DNA of 63,485 nt, filler included, from Anaerolineae bacterium (lineage in GTDB: Bacteria > Chloroflexota > Anaerolineae > Epilineales > Epilineaceae), in assembly GCA_029262755.1 (NCBI GenBank). It is 8 parts of 8 records of this genome, joined end to end, with 100 filler letters (N's around TTAATTAATTAA, not from the genome) between each part and the next. Parts side by side here need not be neighbours in the genome. Positions count along the whole stretch, not along the records: positions 49,267 to 60,309 come from JAJCYU010000030.1; positions 60,410 to 63,485 come from JAJCYU010000031.1; 6 more parts are not named here. One strand, written 5' to 3'. Numbering within the stretch: the first letter of the stretch is position 1; every line of letters starts with the position of its first letter. The notes under the pieces were generated by a model that worked only from the letters and a program-made list of their open reading frames with translations, ran no database searches and had not been told where the DNA came from. Positions 54,114 through 63,485 of the stretch are shown here, one piece after another. Both the position numbers and the translations under genes were made by a program.

Positions 54114-55985
54114 TCAGAACCGCAGGCCGATCGCGTTCCAATGCCAGCACACCAGCGTGGCCGTCAGCGCCGCGAGCGAGAACACGGACAGGTGCAGCTT
54201 GCGCCAGGCAGACAACTCGGCATGGGCGAAGGCGTGCGCGCAGAGGCCGGGGAGGCACAGGGCGAGGATCGCGCCGAAGGTGGCCAGCACGAGCGCAGCG
54301 CGCACGGTTGCGGGCACGCCTGACTCCAGGCTTCCTGTCGCCGTCGTGATCGCCATGCCGAGCAGAAAGGCCAGGAAGGAGAGGGCGCAGAGCGCGGCCC
54401 AGGCACGAACGCCCGGCCGCCCGGGCGGTCGTCCTCGCCGGATCGACCGCAGCCCTTGCGCCGCCCAATACACCACCGACAGCGCCATCACGCCTAGGGC
54501 CAGGAGGAACGCACTGCGTTGGGTGCGCGGCGGCACGGGGTCCGTGCTGCGGAAGTACGTGCGCGACGCCGTGCGCAGGCTCACGCCGCCCATGAGCGGG
54601 TCCGCGGCGAAGGCCAGTCGCGGTGCCGCCTCGCGGAGCCGGCGAAAGTGCGCCGGTCGCACTTCCACGTAGGGATCTCCGTCCACGAGCAGGAGGCCCT
54701 CCGGACCCAACCGCACCTCCTCGGCGCCTTCCATCAGGGTGAAGAAGCGATCGAAGGTAAACGAAGGCACCCCGCCGTAGAGGTAGTCGCCGACGTAGGC
54801 ACCGTGGTCCGAAAGGGGCTCGAAAGGCCCGGTTCCCTCCGCCTCAGCCTCGGGCGCGGTGGCCAGCCGCGCGATCAGCGTCTGCGCGAAGGCCGCGTGC
54901 GCGCCGGCGCCCTCCGCGTCATTGGAGGCCAGGAAGAAGGCGAGCCCCTCGTCGGGCAAGATCTCGAAGCGGGCGGACCAGCCGCGCATGTCGCCGCTGT
55001 GGCGAAGGGAGCGGGGCGTGCCCCCGTCCCGCTCGTGGATCCACAGACCGTAGCCGTAGGCGGTGGGCAGTCCGGGTGCGTTGCGGTGTTGGGGCTGCAT
55101 CATCCGGCGTAGGACGCGGGCGCTCAGCACCTGCCGGCCTTCGATCCGACCTTCGCGCAACAGCGCGGTCAGGAAGCGCGTCATGTCCGCGCCTGTGGTG
55201 GTCATCCGGCCCGCCGGCGCGGTGTGCGACGGCTCCGGCCCGATGGCGCGCCCCTCCACGTAGCCGGTGGCCAGGTCCGAGGCTTGACCGAGCAGATCGA
55301 AGCTCGATCGCGTCATCCCCAGCGGCTCGAAGATGGTCCGCGCCACGTGAGCCCCAAAGTCCTCGCCGCTGCTCTGCTCCACCAGGTGACCAGCGAGCGT
55401 GTAGCCGTAGTTGTCGTAGACGAAGGCCCCGCCCGGCGTGCGGACGACGGGGGGCAAGGCATGGGCCAAATGTCGGCCCAACGGTTCCACCGCCGCGGGC
55501 GAGGCGGCGCGGCTCCCATAGCTGCGTCGATCCAGGCCGGCCGTGTGCGTCAGCAGATGATGCAACGTGAGATCGCCCGCCACGCGCCGGTCCAGAAAGC
55601 CGTCCGGAAGGTCGGCGCCGATGTCCCGCTCCAGCGACAGGCCACCGCGCTCCACCTCCTGCAGCGCGGCCAACGCGGTGAAGGTTTTGGACACGGAAGC
55701 CACCCGGAAGATGGTGCTGCGCGGATCGACGGCCGCTTCCTCCTCCACGTCCGCGTAGCCGTAGCCTTCCTCGAGCAGCACGCCGTCACGGTCCAACGCC
55801 ACGAGAATCGTTCCCGGCACGTCACGCTCGGCCAGGTCCGCCTCCAGCGCGTCGGCCGCGGCCTGGAGCGCGAGACGGTGCGACGGCGCGCGCTGATCCT
55901 CGTGCTGTGCGGCGGCGGGGGCGGCCCGCGCGGGAATGGCAAGAAGACTGGAGATTGCGGCAAGCAGGATCGCCGAGCGGCGCAT
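54114..55985 (-). CDS. serine hydrolase (beta-lactamase/AmpC family) with C-terminal TM helices
   Basis: Signal peptide, FRVASVSK, LLTHTAG, YDNYGY, HSGD. Confidence 0.9.
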   Translation of the reverse strand: MRRSAILLAAISSLLAIPARAAPAAAQHEDQRAPSHRLALQAAADALEADLAERDVPGTILVALDRDGVLLEEGYGYADVEEEAAVDPRSTIFRVASVSKTFTALAALQEVERGGLSLERDIGADLPDGFLDRRVAGDLTLHHLLTHTAGLDRRSYGSRAASPAAVEPLGRHLAHALPPVVRTPGGAFVYDNYGYTLAGHLVEQSSGEDFGAHVARTIFEPLGMTRSSFDLLGQASDLATGYVEGRAIGPEPSHTAPAGRMTTTGADMTRFLTALLREGRIEGRQVLSARVLRRMMQPQHRNAPGLPTAYGYGLWIHERDGGTPRSLRHSGDMRGWSARFEILPDEGLAFFLASNDAEGAGAHAAFAQTLIARLATAPEAEAEGTGPFEPLSDHGAYVGDYLYGGVPSFTFDRFFTLMEGAEEVRLGPEGLLLVDGDPYVEVRPAHFRRLREAAPRLAFAADPLMGGVSLRTASRTYFRSTDPVPPRTQRSAFLLALGVMALSVVYWAAQGLRSIRRGRPPGRPGVRAWAALCALSFLAFLLGMAITTATGSLESGVPATVRAALVLATFGAILALCLPGLCAHAFAHAELSAWRKLHLSVFSLAALTATLVCWHWNAIGLRF

Positions 55986-56290
55986 AGCGGCTCCCTCATG
56001 GTCTGGCGGGGTCTGACGGCCCGTGCACGCCACCGGCGCCCGGATGCGTGTCGGGTGCATCCGGCGCGCTACCGGCGCGGTGGGCGCTTGTGGGTCGGAC
56101 GGCAGAGCGGGAGCGGATGTTTCGGCATGGGAACGGTTCGGCTCCGATCGGGGCCGGCAACGCAGGTCCTCGGTGGGTGCCCTTCGGTCGCGGAAAAGCG
56201 CGGCCCCTCCGTTCCGCATCCAAAGTCTCACATCGGCGTCGTTGGCGATGCACCCGCACGGACCCTTGCCCGCCGAGCTAGAATCTCCCC

Positions 56291-57382
56291 ATGGCTTCCC
56301 CACCCGCGGACCCTGCGCCGCCACGCTATCGTCGCATCCACCTCCGCGGCGGCCCGCGGTCGATGGGCAGGGCCCAGGCCCGCCTCCTGGCGCCCTACCT
56401 TCCGCCATTTCGCCGTTGGGCGTGGGAGCGCGAGCCCGGCTTTCTGGACGCCTGCGCCCGACTCGTGCGCGATGTTCACGAGCCCTTGTGGGAGGAGCTC
56501 TGCGCCTTTGCGGCCTCGCACGGGATGCCCGAGACCGAGGGTCTCTTCGTCCGGGCCAGCGCCCTGCCCCACGGTTGCAGCTCCTTCGCCTGGCGGCTGC
56601 CGGACGACCGCGTGGTGGTGGGCCGCAACTACGACTTCCATGCCAAGAGCCCCACGCGCGACCTGCTCCGCACGCAGCCGGCCGCCGGCCACGCCCACGT
56701 GGGCATGTGCGGCGGCCTGGTCGGCGGCCGTTACGACGGCGTGAACAGCGCCGGCCTCTTCGTTGCGCTGCACAAGGTGATGGCGGACCGCCCGCCGCGC
56801 TATGCACCCGGCGTGCCCTACCACCTCATCCCTCGCCTCGCCCTGGAGCTGACCGACACCGCCGCGGACGCTGCCCGCCTCATCGGCGGCCTCCCCCACC
56901 TTGCGCCCTTCAACTACCTGGTCGCCGACCCCGGCGGCACCTTCGTCGGCCTGGAGTGCTACCCCGGCGAAGCGGTCCGCGCCCGCCGCAGCCACCGCGC
57001 CCTCGCGATGACGAACCACTATCGGCATGGAGCGCTCGCGTCGAAGCAGGGACGTCGCTCGCTGACGCATTCGCGGCGGAGGTTGGCGCGGCTGTCGACG
57101 GCGCCGGGCGGCGAGGATGGCTCGCAGGATGGCGGGGAGGGTACGTCTGCGAGCGCTTCGCAAGCGCCCGTTGGTCGCACGATCGTCCCGGCCCGCGACT
57201 CCGACGCGCTCGCCCCGGTCCGCGACGCGCTCCGCGATCACGACGCGCCGGTCTGCAACCACGGCGAGATGGGCGCCACGCTCTGGAGCGCCGCCGCGGA
57301 CCTCACCCAGCGACGGCTGGCCTACGCCTTCGGCCCGCCCTGCGAGGTTGAGTACCAAGTCGTGCCCTTTCCCGAGCGGTAG
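56291..57382 (+). CDS. peptidase C45 (Ntn autoproteolytic acyltransferase/hydrolase)
   Basis: GCSSF, GRNYDF, DGVNSAGL, NYLVAD, TNHY. Confidence 0.88.
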   Translation: MASPPADPAPPRYRRIHLRGGPRSMGRAQARLLAPYLPPFRRWAWEREPGFLDACARLVRDVHEPLWEELCAFAASHGMPETEGLFVRASALPHGCSSFAWRLPDDRVVVGRNYDFHAKSPTRDLLRTQPAAGHAHVGMCGGLVGGRYDGVNSAGLFVALHKVMADRPPRYAPGVPYHLIPRLALELTDTAADAARLIGGLPHLAPFNYLVADPGGTFVGLECYPGEAVRARRSHRALAMTNHYRHGALASKQGRRSLTHSRRRLARLSTAPGGEDGSQDGGEGTSASASQAPVGRTIVPARDSDALAPVRDALRDHDAPVCNHGEMGATLWSAAADLTQRRLAYAFGPPCEVEYQVVPFPER

Positions 57383-57612
57383 CGTCCGCAGCGGCTGACC
57401 GCGCTCCGCAACCGCTCCTCGAGCGATCGCCCCGCTACCACGGCCGCCCCCGCAACAGGTTCAACGGGCAGGCGAGCAAGGCCGGGAAAGCCCCGCGCCG
57501 CTCCGTGATGTCGAGCGCGAGGCTGACGAACGCGAGAACGATGTATATGCCCGAGCTCCGCCGCCTCTTCCCACGCGTACGTGCATTTCTGCCACCATCG
57601 ACGTCCCACGCG

Positions 57613-57645
57613 GTTGCCGGCGATGCAACATCGCGCCTATACCAT
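57613..57645 (+). promoter_or_regulatory. inverted-repeat operator GTTGC-N7-GCAAC plus -10-like TACCAT upstream of the WYL gene
   Basis: The same motif and geometry recur at 58793-58825. Confidence 0.65.
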
Positions 57646-57694
57646 GCTCCGGCGCGCCCTCCTTTCACGCCCCAACCCGGCCAGGAGCTTCGAG

Positions 57695-58678
57695 ATGTCC
57701 CGTTCCACATCGAAAGCCGAACGCCTAAATCACATCGAGCAGCTGCTCCTCTCCAACACGCGCGGTATCCGCAAGGCGGACATCGCCCGGCGGCTGGGCG
57801 TGCATCGCTCGACGGCCGGACGGGACATCGAGGAGCTATGCCGGCGTCTGCCCATCTGGGAGAGCGACGAGGGCCGCCTGGGTATCAACCGCGACGATTA
57901 CTTGACCGAGGTGCGCTTCACCATTCACGAGAGCATGGCCGTGCATTTGGCCACCCGCCTCATGGCCACCCGGTTGGACAAGCACAACCCGCATGCCGCG
58001 GCCGCTTTGCGCAAGTTGGGCCGGGCGCTCAAACCCTGCGCACCCCTGGTGGCTCGGCATCTGATGCAATCGGCCGATGCCCTGGACGCCGGCGGGCTGC
58101 GTGTGAATCGCAACTACCTCCGTACGCTCGAAACGATCACCACGGGGTGGTCGCAGGGGATTCCCGTGCGCCTCGAGTACGTGGCCGGCGACGGGCGCGA
58201 ACGTCGCTTCACCTTCGAGCCGCGCTTCATCGAGCCCTATGCCGTCGGCCGCACCACCTACGCCATCGGCTGGGTGCGCGAGCGGGACGCGCTGCGCACC
58301 CTGAAGCTCGAGCGCATCCGCGCCTGCGACCTCCTGGAGGAGGAGCGCTACGAGGTGCCGAAAGACTTCGATGCTCGCACCTTTCTCATGGACGCATGGG
58401 GTATCTGGTTCACCGTGGACGACGCGGTGACCGAGGTGATCCTCCGCTTCTCCCCCGCCGTGGCGAAGCGCGTGCACGAGACCCAATGGCACCCCTCGGA
58501 GGTGGTCGAACACCTCCCAGACGGCTCGCTCGAGTGGCGCGCTCGGGTCAGCGAGTGGCAGGAGATGCTGCCGTGGGTGCGCGGCTGGGGCGGCGAGGTA
58601 GAGGTGGTGGCGCCGGAGGCGATGCGCGAGGATCTTGCGGAGGAGGCCAGGGCGCTGGCGCGGATGTACGGGGGGTGA
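57695..58678 (+). CDS. WYL-domain transcriptional regulator (HTH-WYL-WCX)
   Basis: KAERL..IE, IARRLGVHRSTAGRDI, EPRFIEP..YAIG...LRTLKLERI, AWGIW, WHPSE, EMLPWVRGWG..VEVVAP. AGGAG RBS. Confidence 0.93.
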   Translation: MSRSTSKAERLNHIEQLLLSNTRGIRKADIARRLGVHRSTAGRDIEELCRRLPIWESDEGRLGINRDDYLTEVRFTIHESMAVHLATRLMATRLDKHNPHAAAALRKLGRALKPCAPLVARHLMQSADALDAGGLRVNRNYLRTLETITTGWSQGIPVRLEYVAGDGRERRFTFEPRFIEPYAVGRTTYAIGWVRERDALRTLKLERIRACDLLEEERYEVPKDFDARTFLMDAWGIWFTVDDAVTEVILRFSPAVAKRVHETQWHPSEVVEHLPDGSLEWRARVSEWQEMLPWVRGWGGEVEVVAPEAMREDLAEEARALARMYGG

Positions 58679-58791
58679 GGGGCAACGCTCTCTTCACTAC
58701 GATCACACACAACTAGGTTCCCGTAAACAGCACCAGGCAGACGTCAGCGTTAGCTTGGAGATCGAGTTTGGACCTCGCCCAATGCGCAGCT

Positions 58792-58825
58792 TGTTGCCGT
58801 AGTTGCAACAGTCGCCGCCGATCAT
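58792..58825 (+). promoter_or_regulatory. second copy of the operator, TGTTGC-N7-GCAACA, plus GATCAT
   Basis: GTTGCCGtaGtTGCAACA versus GTTGCCGgcGaTGCAACA at 57613. Confidence 0.65.
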
Positions 58826-58879
58826 TCCGGTGCCTGTCGCAATCAACGCCAACCCACCTCCAATGCAAAGGGTGAGAAC

Positions 58880-59668
58880 GTGGACATAAACAAAGGGATC
58901 GACAAACTCCGGAGTTTCCTGAGCAAAGTCCGGCAAGTTTGGGCCAACGGCTGCATCGGGAAGACCGTCGTACTGAGTGGAATCTGGATGCTCTGCGGAA
59001 TCTGTTCGATCGCGATGTGGATTGCGACACCTCAGTCGGTCAAAGACGAGCAGAATGCAACGGCTACTGCTCGCGTCGAGAATCGAGAAGCCACAGAGGA
59101 GGTACGCGGGACGCAGAGTGCCGCCGAAGAGACAGCAGAGGTGGCGACTGAGGAATTCGAAGCAGCGCAAAGCCAAGCCGATTCGACTGCGACAGCGGAT
59201 GCGGTTGCCGCGATGACCGCACTCGCCCCTACCGAGGACCCGGATCGCGCGTCGATCGAGGAATACTGGAAGTTCGTCGGTTCCAACCTCGGCAGCATCG
59301 GCGAAGTCTCCACTGCTGCCGGGGAGCAACTGGGTCTTGCAGGAGAGGATCCCACCGTCATTCTCGACGAGGACTGGAAGCTCAGGATGGCGGTCGGCCT
59401 CGGTTTCATGGGCGGCTCGGCGGAGGCCATCATCAACCGCGATGATGTGCCTGAGTCGGCCACGGTTCTTCAGGCGGCGCTAGAGGAGATGGCTCGGCAC
59501 CTCTCGGCGTCGGTGACGAGCTTTGCCAACGGTATCGACAATCTTGATCCGAGTGAGTTCGAGGCGGGCGGACGCGAGATGTCCGCGGCCAACTCTGTCC
59601 TGCGCGAGAAAGTGATGCCTGAGGTAGCGCGTTTCAAAGCCCTGCATGGCCTTGAGGATGTTGACTAA
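58880..59668 (+). CDS. hypothetical single-TM protein with Ala/Thr/Glu linker and helical C-terminal domain
   Basis: 262-aa ORF with TM VVLSGIWMLCGICSIAMWIA; visibly lower GC than its neighbours. Confidence 0.75.
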   Translation: MDINKGIDKLRSFLSKVRQVWANGCIGKTVVLSGIWMLCGICSIAMWIATPQSVKDEQNATATARVENREATEEVRGTQSAAEETAEVATEEFEAAQSQADSTATADAVAAMTALAPTEDPDRASIEEYWKFVGSNLGSIGEVSTAAGEQLGLAGEDPTVILDEDWKLRMAVGLGFMGGSAEAIINRDDVPESATVLQAALEEMARHLSASVTSFANGIDNLDPSEFEAGGREMSAANSVLREKVMPEVARFKALHGLEDVD

Positions 59669-59846
59669 ACACGAGTGGTTTCTGAGCCGACAACGACGAT
59701 CAATGGCCATATCGCGAGGACGGGTGAAGGACTCACTGGCGAGCGGACTGGTGGGTTTCTGGATCATTCCATGGAATCAGGTATTGCGTGGTTGGCGGAT
59801 TGCGCTCGCCCTGTGTGCCAACATAGCGTGAGCCAACGTACCGTGA

Positions 59847-60309
59847 TCAACGCGGCCCCCGTTCTAGAATCTCCTCCGCGCGCGCAGCCACTGCCTCCAG
59901 GTCCATTTCGTTGCCGGTCCAGAGGTTCCAGCCAAAGTGCGAGGCGGCGATCTGGAGCTCGTAGCAGTGATGCCGCAGGGCCGCGTCGGCGAGATCGTCC
60001 GGACGCAGGTCGGGCGCCTCGAGTGTCCGGCGCCAGAGGTCGGCGGCCGCGATTCCTGGGTGCCACGGGCCCCAGTGCGTGCACCAAGCGACGTCGAAGA
60101 GGAAGTCGCCGCGCACGGAGCACTTCCACGAGAAGACCGCGGTCACACGCGAGGCGTCTTCGCTGATCAGCACGTTCTGATGGAGCAGGTCGCCGTGGAC
60201 CAGGTCACGACGCTCCGGGCAACGCGGTAGCAGCGCATCGAGACGCGCTTCGCATGCCTGGATTATGGCATGGAGGCGGTAGTCCTGCGCCAGCTTGTCT
60301 CTCCAACCG
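59847..60309 (-). CDS. aminoglycoside phosphotransferase/choline kinase-like protein, C-terminal part (5' truncated)
   Basis: LVHGDLLHQNVLI, GDFLFDVA. Confidence 0.8.
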
Positions 60310-60409
60310 NNNNNNNNNNNNNNNNNNNNNNNNNNNNNNNNNNNNNNNNNNNNTTAATTAATTAANNNNNNNNNNNNNNNNNNNNNNNNNNNNNNNNNNN
60401 NNNNNNNNN
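60310..60409. other. artificial contig linker
   Basis: N-run, TTAATTAATTAA, N-run. Confidence 0.98.
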
Positions 60410-61312
60410 ATCGGACGCGGCCCGTTCGGACGCGCCCCGACCGGAGGCAACAGGGTCGATTGGACCCCCTGTCGCGCCGTCGCGACCACCGCCGTCGCGC
60501 CATCTCGATTCACGGCGTCGCCACCTCGTCCCACGGTGCCGCCACGCAAGCCACGCCAGCGGCACGACCGGCACCAGCCCGAGGAGACGACCGGCGGGAT
60601 GCGCGTAGACACCAAGCGCATACGCCGCGCCGACGATCATCCACGCGACGATCGCATCCCGCGGTCCGCGCAGCGCCCGCCACAAGGCCCAGGCGGCCAG
60701 GGACGCCACGAGCGGCAGGATGATTCCGCGAATACCGATACGGCTGAAGTGCAGATGCCAGTACGTCGTCGCCGTCGCGAACGCGGTCGCCAACGCGACC
60801 AGGCGCGCCGCGGAAGTCGATGCGCCGCCGGGTTCCACGTAGGCCGGCGACGATGCGCCCGCCGGATCCACGGTGCTCGTCACGCCCAACGCACTTCGAG
60901 CCCCCACCGCACCCTTACCACCCCATCCGACGCGCCCGAGTTCACCCAACGGCAGGCAGCGAACCCACGCCCACGCCGCCGCCACGCCCGCTGTCCCGAG
61001 CAGCGCGGACGCGAGCCGCAGCCCGGCGGGCGTCGGGCCGAAGCCCCCGATCGTGAGCGCTTGCACGTAGCTGAAGAGCGCCTCGCGCCCGTCGTTGCCC
61101 GGGAGATAGAGCGGCCGCCAGCCGCCGAGGATACGCAAAGCGTCGACGCCGTTGTGCGCCTCGTCCACGTGCAGGCCCGGCGGGACCTCGCCTAGCCGCC
61201 ACAGACGCAGCCCCAGGGCGATGGCGAGAATGACGAGCAGCAGTACGAGTTCCGTGCGGCGCGACAACATCGGCCGCGGCGCTCCTGACGATCTCGCAGC
61301 GCGACCCATCAT
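60410..61312 (-). CDS. GT39/ArnT-PMT family glycosyltransferase, N-terminal part (3' truncated; start uncertain)
   Basis: LRLWRLGEVPPGLHVDEA, GREALFSY, LRLASA, WHLHFSR. Confidence 0.88.
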
Positions 61313-61571
61313 CTCGGCTTCACCGCGGTACACGTTCGTTCAGAGGCCCATCGCGCACCTGGCGATCGTGCTACCGACGGCCGAGCAGCCGCCGAATGCG
61401 CAACCGGCGTTCCTTCGCCCGCCACGCGCGCCGTCGACGTCCGTTCGCCAAGCGTCTTCACGCCCGCCACGCGCGACCTCGCCGTCCGAGCAGCCTGCAT
61501 TCTCGCTCCCGCGGACCGCGCCCCCCACGCCCGCGCGCCCCGTCGCCCGCCCTCCGACCGTCCCTCGCGTC

Positions 61572-63485
61572 TCACGGTGTTTCGTCGTCGCCGCCGCTCG
61601 GCAGGGGAACGCTCGACCAGAGCTCGCGCAGTGGCAGCGCGTCCTGTTCGCCGACGCGCATGCGTTCGCCCGTGGTTCGGTCGTACCAGCCGATGACCGG
61701 TCGCAAGCCACGCAACTGGTCCGCGCGTCCTTCTGCGTCCGCGTCAGCGTCACTCGCGTCCGCGTCGACGACCGGCGTGAAGCGGTCGATGACGATGTCG
61801 CCCGTGCGCCAGCGTGTGGTGGGGTAGGTGCCGCCGCCCGGCTCGCCGTCTTGTTGGCCCCAGGTGGTGCCGTCGGCGGCGACGAGGTGGACGAACGTGG
61901 TCCAATCGCGATCCAGAGGTTCGACGGTTCGCCAAACGAGGGTGATTGGCACGGCGTCACCAGCCCGCGGTGCGTCCCCGACCGTGTAGCCCACCAGATC
62001 GATCGCTCCGCCGAAGCGTGCCGCGACGAAGATCTCGGGCTCCAAGAGGGCATCGCGCGGCGGAGCCATATCACCCGCCATGGTGCCGGACACGCCGAGG
62101 ACGAGCAGGCGCATCCGTCCACGAGCATCGGGCAGACAAGCCAGCTCCAGGCCCATGCGCCTCTGCAGGCCGGGCAAGCCCGAGATGGGGCCCCGCACGG
62201 CCTCGCCGTCCACCATTCGAAGCTCGCCGCCCTGCAGATCGTCACCGCAAATTCGGCTCACGTCGTCGCTTGGCAACACGAGGGAGTCGCCCTGCGCGAC
62301 GCTCACGCGGATCTCGTTCCACGGCGCAAGTCCGCCCACGAGACGGTCGAACGCGGGCATCACATCGTCGCGCTCCGCTTCGTCGGCCGGCCATGCGAGG
62401 AGCACGTCGCGCCCGTCGCCGGGCAGCACGAGCGAGCGGCGCCAATCCAGGCCGCGCAGCGCCGGCTCCCCCACCCGGCCGTCCGTGTCGCCCGCTTCGA
62501 CGACGACGCCCACGACCGATTGCCCGTCCTCCCCGCCGTCCGCCCAGGCCTGCCACTGCTCGGGTGTCCAATCGTCCGAATCGGCCAGATCGAGCACCTC
62601 GCCGCCGCTCCCGTCGCGCCCGCCAAGAAGCGGCCGTGTGTAGTTCAGCAGGTAGTCGACCGTGGCCTGCTCCGCCCAGACCGGCGCCAGGAAACGGTCC
62701 GCATCCGTCGGCAACGCGGCGAGCGCGGCCACGATCTCGACCTTGTCCTGGTCGTAGCTATCGGCCAGTTGCGGCAGCGCGGGGAAGACCACGAAGGTCT
62801 GGTAGATCGCCCACACACCGGCCCAAGCCATCGCGGCCTCCGGCAACCGGCGCGCGATCACCGGTATCCCCCAACGAGTCGCGAAGCGGCAAAGCCCAAT
62901 GGCCGGCAGGGTCATCAGCACGGGCAGCGCCCCGATCGCCCGCGAAAAGTTCGGCGGGCGGTCCGAGAGCAGGGTGGGCAGCAAACCGACGAGGGCCCAT
63001 AGCAGCAACAGCGCCGCCGCGTCCGGGCTGAGTTCCAGCCACGGACGGGGCTTGGCTGGATCGGCCCGTCTCGGTACGACCGTTTTAACCAGGATCGCGA
63101 GCCCGATCACGGCCCACAGCGCGGTGATCGGATCGTAGACCGGAAGTCCGGGCAGCCCGTGGAAGGTGGACGGATCCCCCGCCACGAAGAACATGCCCGC
63201 CACGGCCGTGATCTGCGCCCACAGCGCGCGCCCGAGGCTGCCATCAAAGTCCCGCGCCGCGACCGCGGCCAAGGAGACATCGGAGGCGTGGCCGCTGAAC
63301 AACCAGGGATGGCGCAGGAAGTACAGACCGAGGGGCGCAAACAGCACGGCGGACACCGTCCCGGCGATACCCAAGGTGGACATGTCCCGTCGCGGCCCCG
63401 GTGGGACTATCCGTGTTCGTAGCGATCGCGAGGTCCTGGCACCCAGCCGGCGTTCGTTCGACGTCGAGCCGGCCGTCTCGCGCAC
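61572..63485 (-). CDS. GT39-like membrane glycosyltransferase, C-terminal part with extracytoplasmic domain (5' outside window)
   Basis: TM helices, PNFSRAIG, and ITLVW...DWTTFVHLV...GQQDGEP..YPTTRW..GD. Confidence 0.8.
   Translation of the reverse strand: MRETAGSTSNERRLGARTSRSLRTRIVPPGPRRDMSTLGIAGTVSAVLFAPLGLYFLRHPWLFSGHASDVSLAAVAARDFDGSLGRALWAQITAVAGMFFVAGDPSTFHGLPGLPVYDPITALWAVIGLAILVKTVVPRRADPAKPRPWLELSPDAAALLLLWALVGLLPTLLSDRPPNFSRAIGALPVLMTLPAIGLCRFATRWGIPVIARRLPEAAMAWAGVWAIYQTFVVFPALPQLADSYDQDKVEIVAALAALPTDADRFLAPVWAEQATVDYLLNYTRPLLGGRDGSGGEVLDLADSDDWTPEQWQAWADGGEDGQSVVGVVVEAGDTDGRVGEPALRGLDWRRSLVLPGDGRDVLLAWPADEAERDDVMPAFDRLVGGLAPWNEIRVSVAQGDSLVLPSDDVSRICGDDLQGGELRMVDGEAVRGPISGLPGLQRRMGLELACLPDARGRMRLLVLGVSGTMAGDMAPPRDALLEPEIFVAARFGGAIDLVGYTVGDAPRAGDAVPITLVWRTVEPLDRDWTTFVHLVAADGTTWGQQDGEPGGGTYPTTRWRTGDIVIDRFTPVVDADASDADADAEGRADQLRGLRPVIGWYDRTTGERMRVGEQDALPLRELWSSVPLPSGGDDETP

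Noticed and set aside
57383..59846. CRISPR array or cas genes near the WYL gene
   Set aside because: No regularly spaced repeats or cas ORFs are visible here or elsewhere in the window.
61380..61500. Imperfect repeats CGCCCGCCACGCGCG and CCGAGCAGCC between the GT genes
   Set aside because: Only two copies each in very GC-rich sequence, with no regular spacing.

Overview
The window is not one locus. It is eight contig pieces joined by artificial 100-bp linkers (N-run, TTAATTAATTAA, N-run). Six pieces are very GC-rich and look Chloroflexota-like (inferred from GT39 C-terminal modules, a terminal YLPxL motif and NACHT-FGE and WYL protein styles). Two pieces (19843-22552, 43168-49166) are AT-rich and probably come from another organism. 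The GC-rich pieces carry two tandem ECF sigma/zinc-anti-sigma pairs with a shared promoter motif, a TPR-DUF4331x2-SigK/RskA-like cluster, RNase J, a hydrolase-ABC exporter cluster, mtnP-mtaD-aat, an S8 protease, TerC, NhaA, a NadQ-type regulator with operator plus nadABC, a pLGIC-like channel gene coupled to glpK, an FG-GAP protein, a heme peroxidase-DUF11 surface protein, a TIR-cyclase-NACHT-FGE protein, a UGA-containing peroxiredoxin-like selenoprotein, a WYL regulator sharing an operator with an unknown downstream gene, and two GT39-type glycosyltransferases. The AT-rich pieces carry FprA, hemerythrin and a defence-like cluster: HsdR fused to a Schlafen/AlbA_2 domain, a GIY-YIG-RAMA nuclease and a HerA remnant. 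The best leads are the HsdR-Schlafen fusion, the TIR-cyclase-NACHT-FGE receptor, the WYL operator pair and the selenoprotein. All family calls come from motif recognition by eye; no database searches were run.
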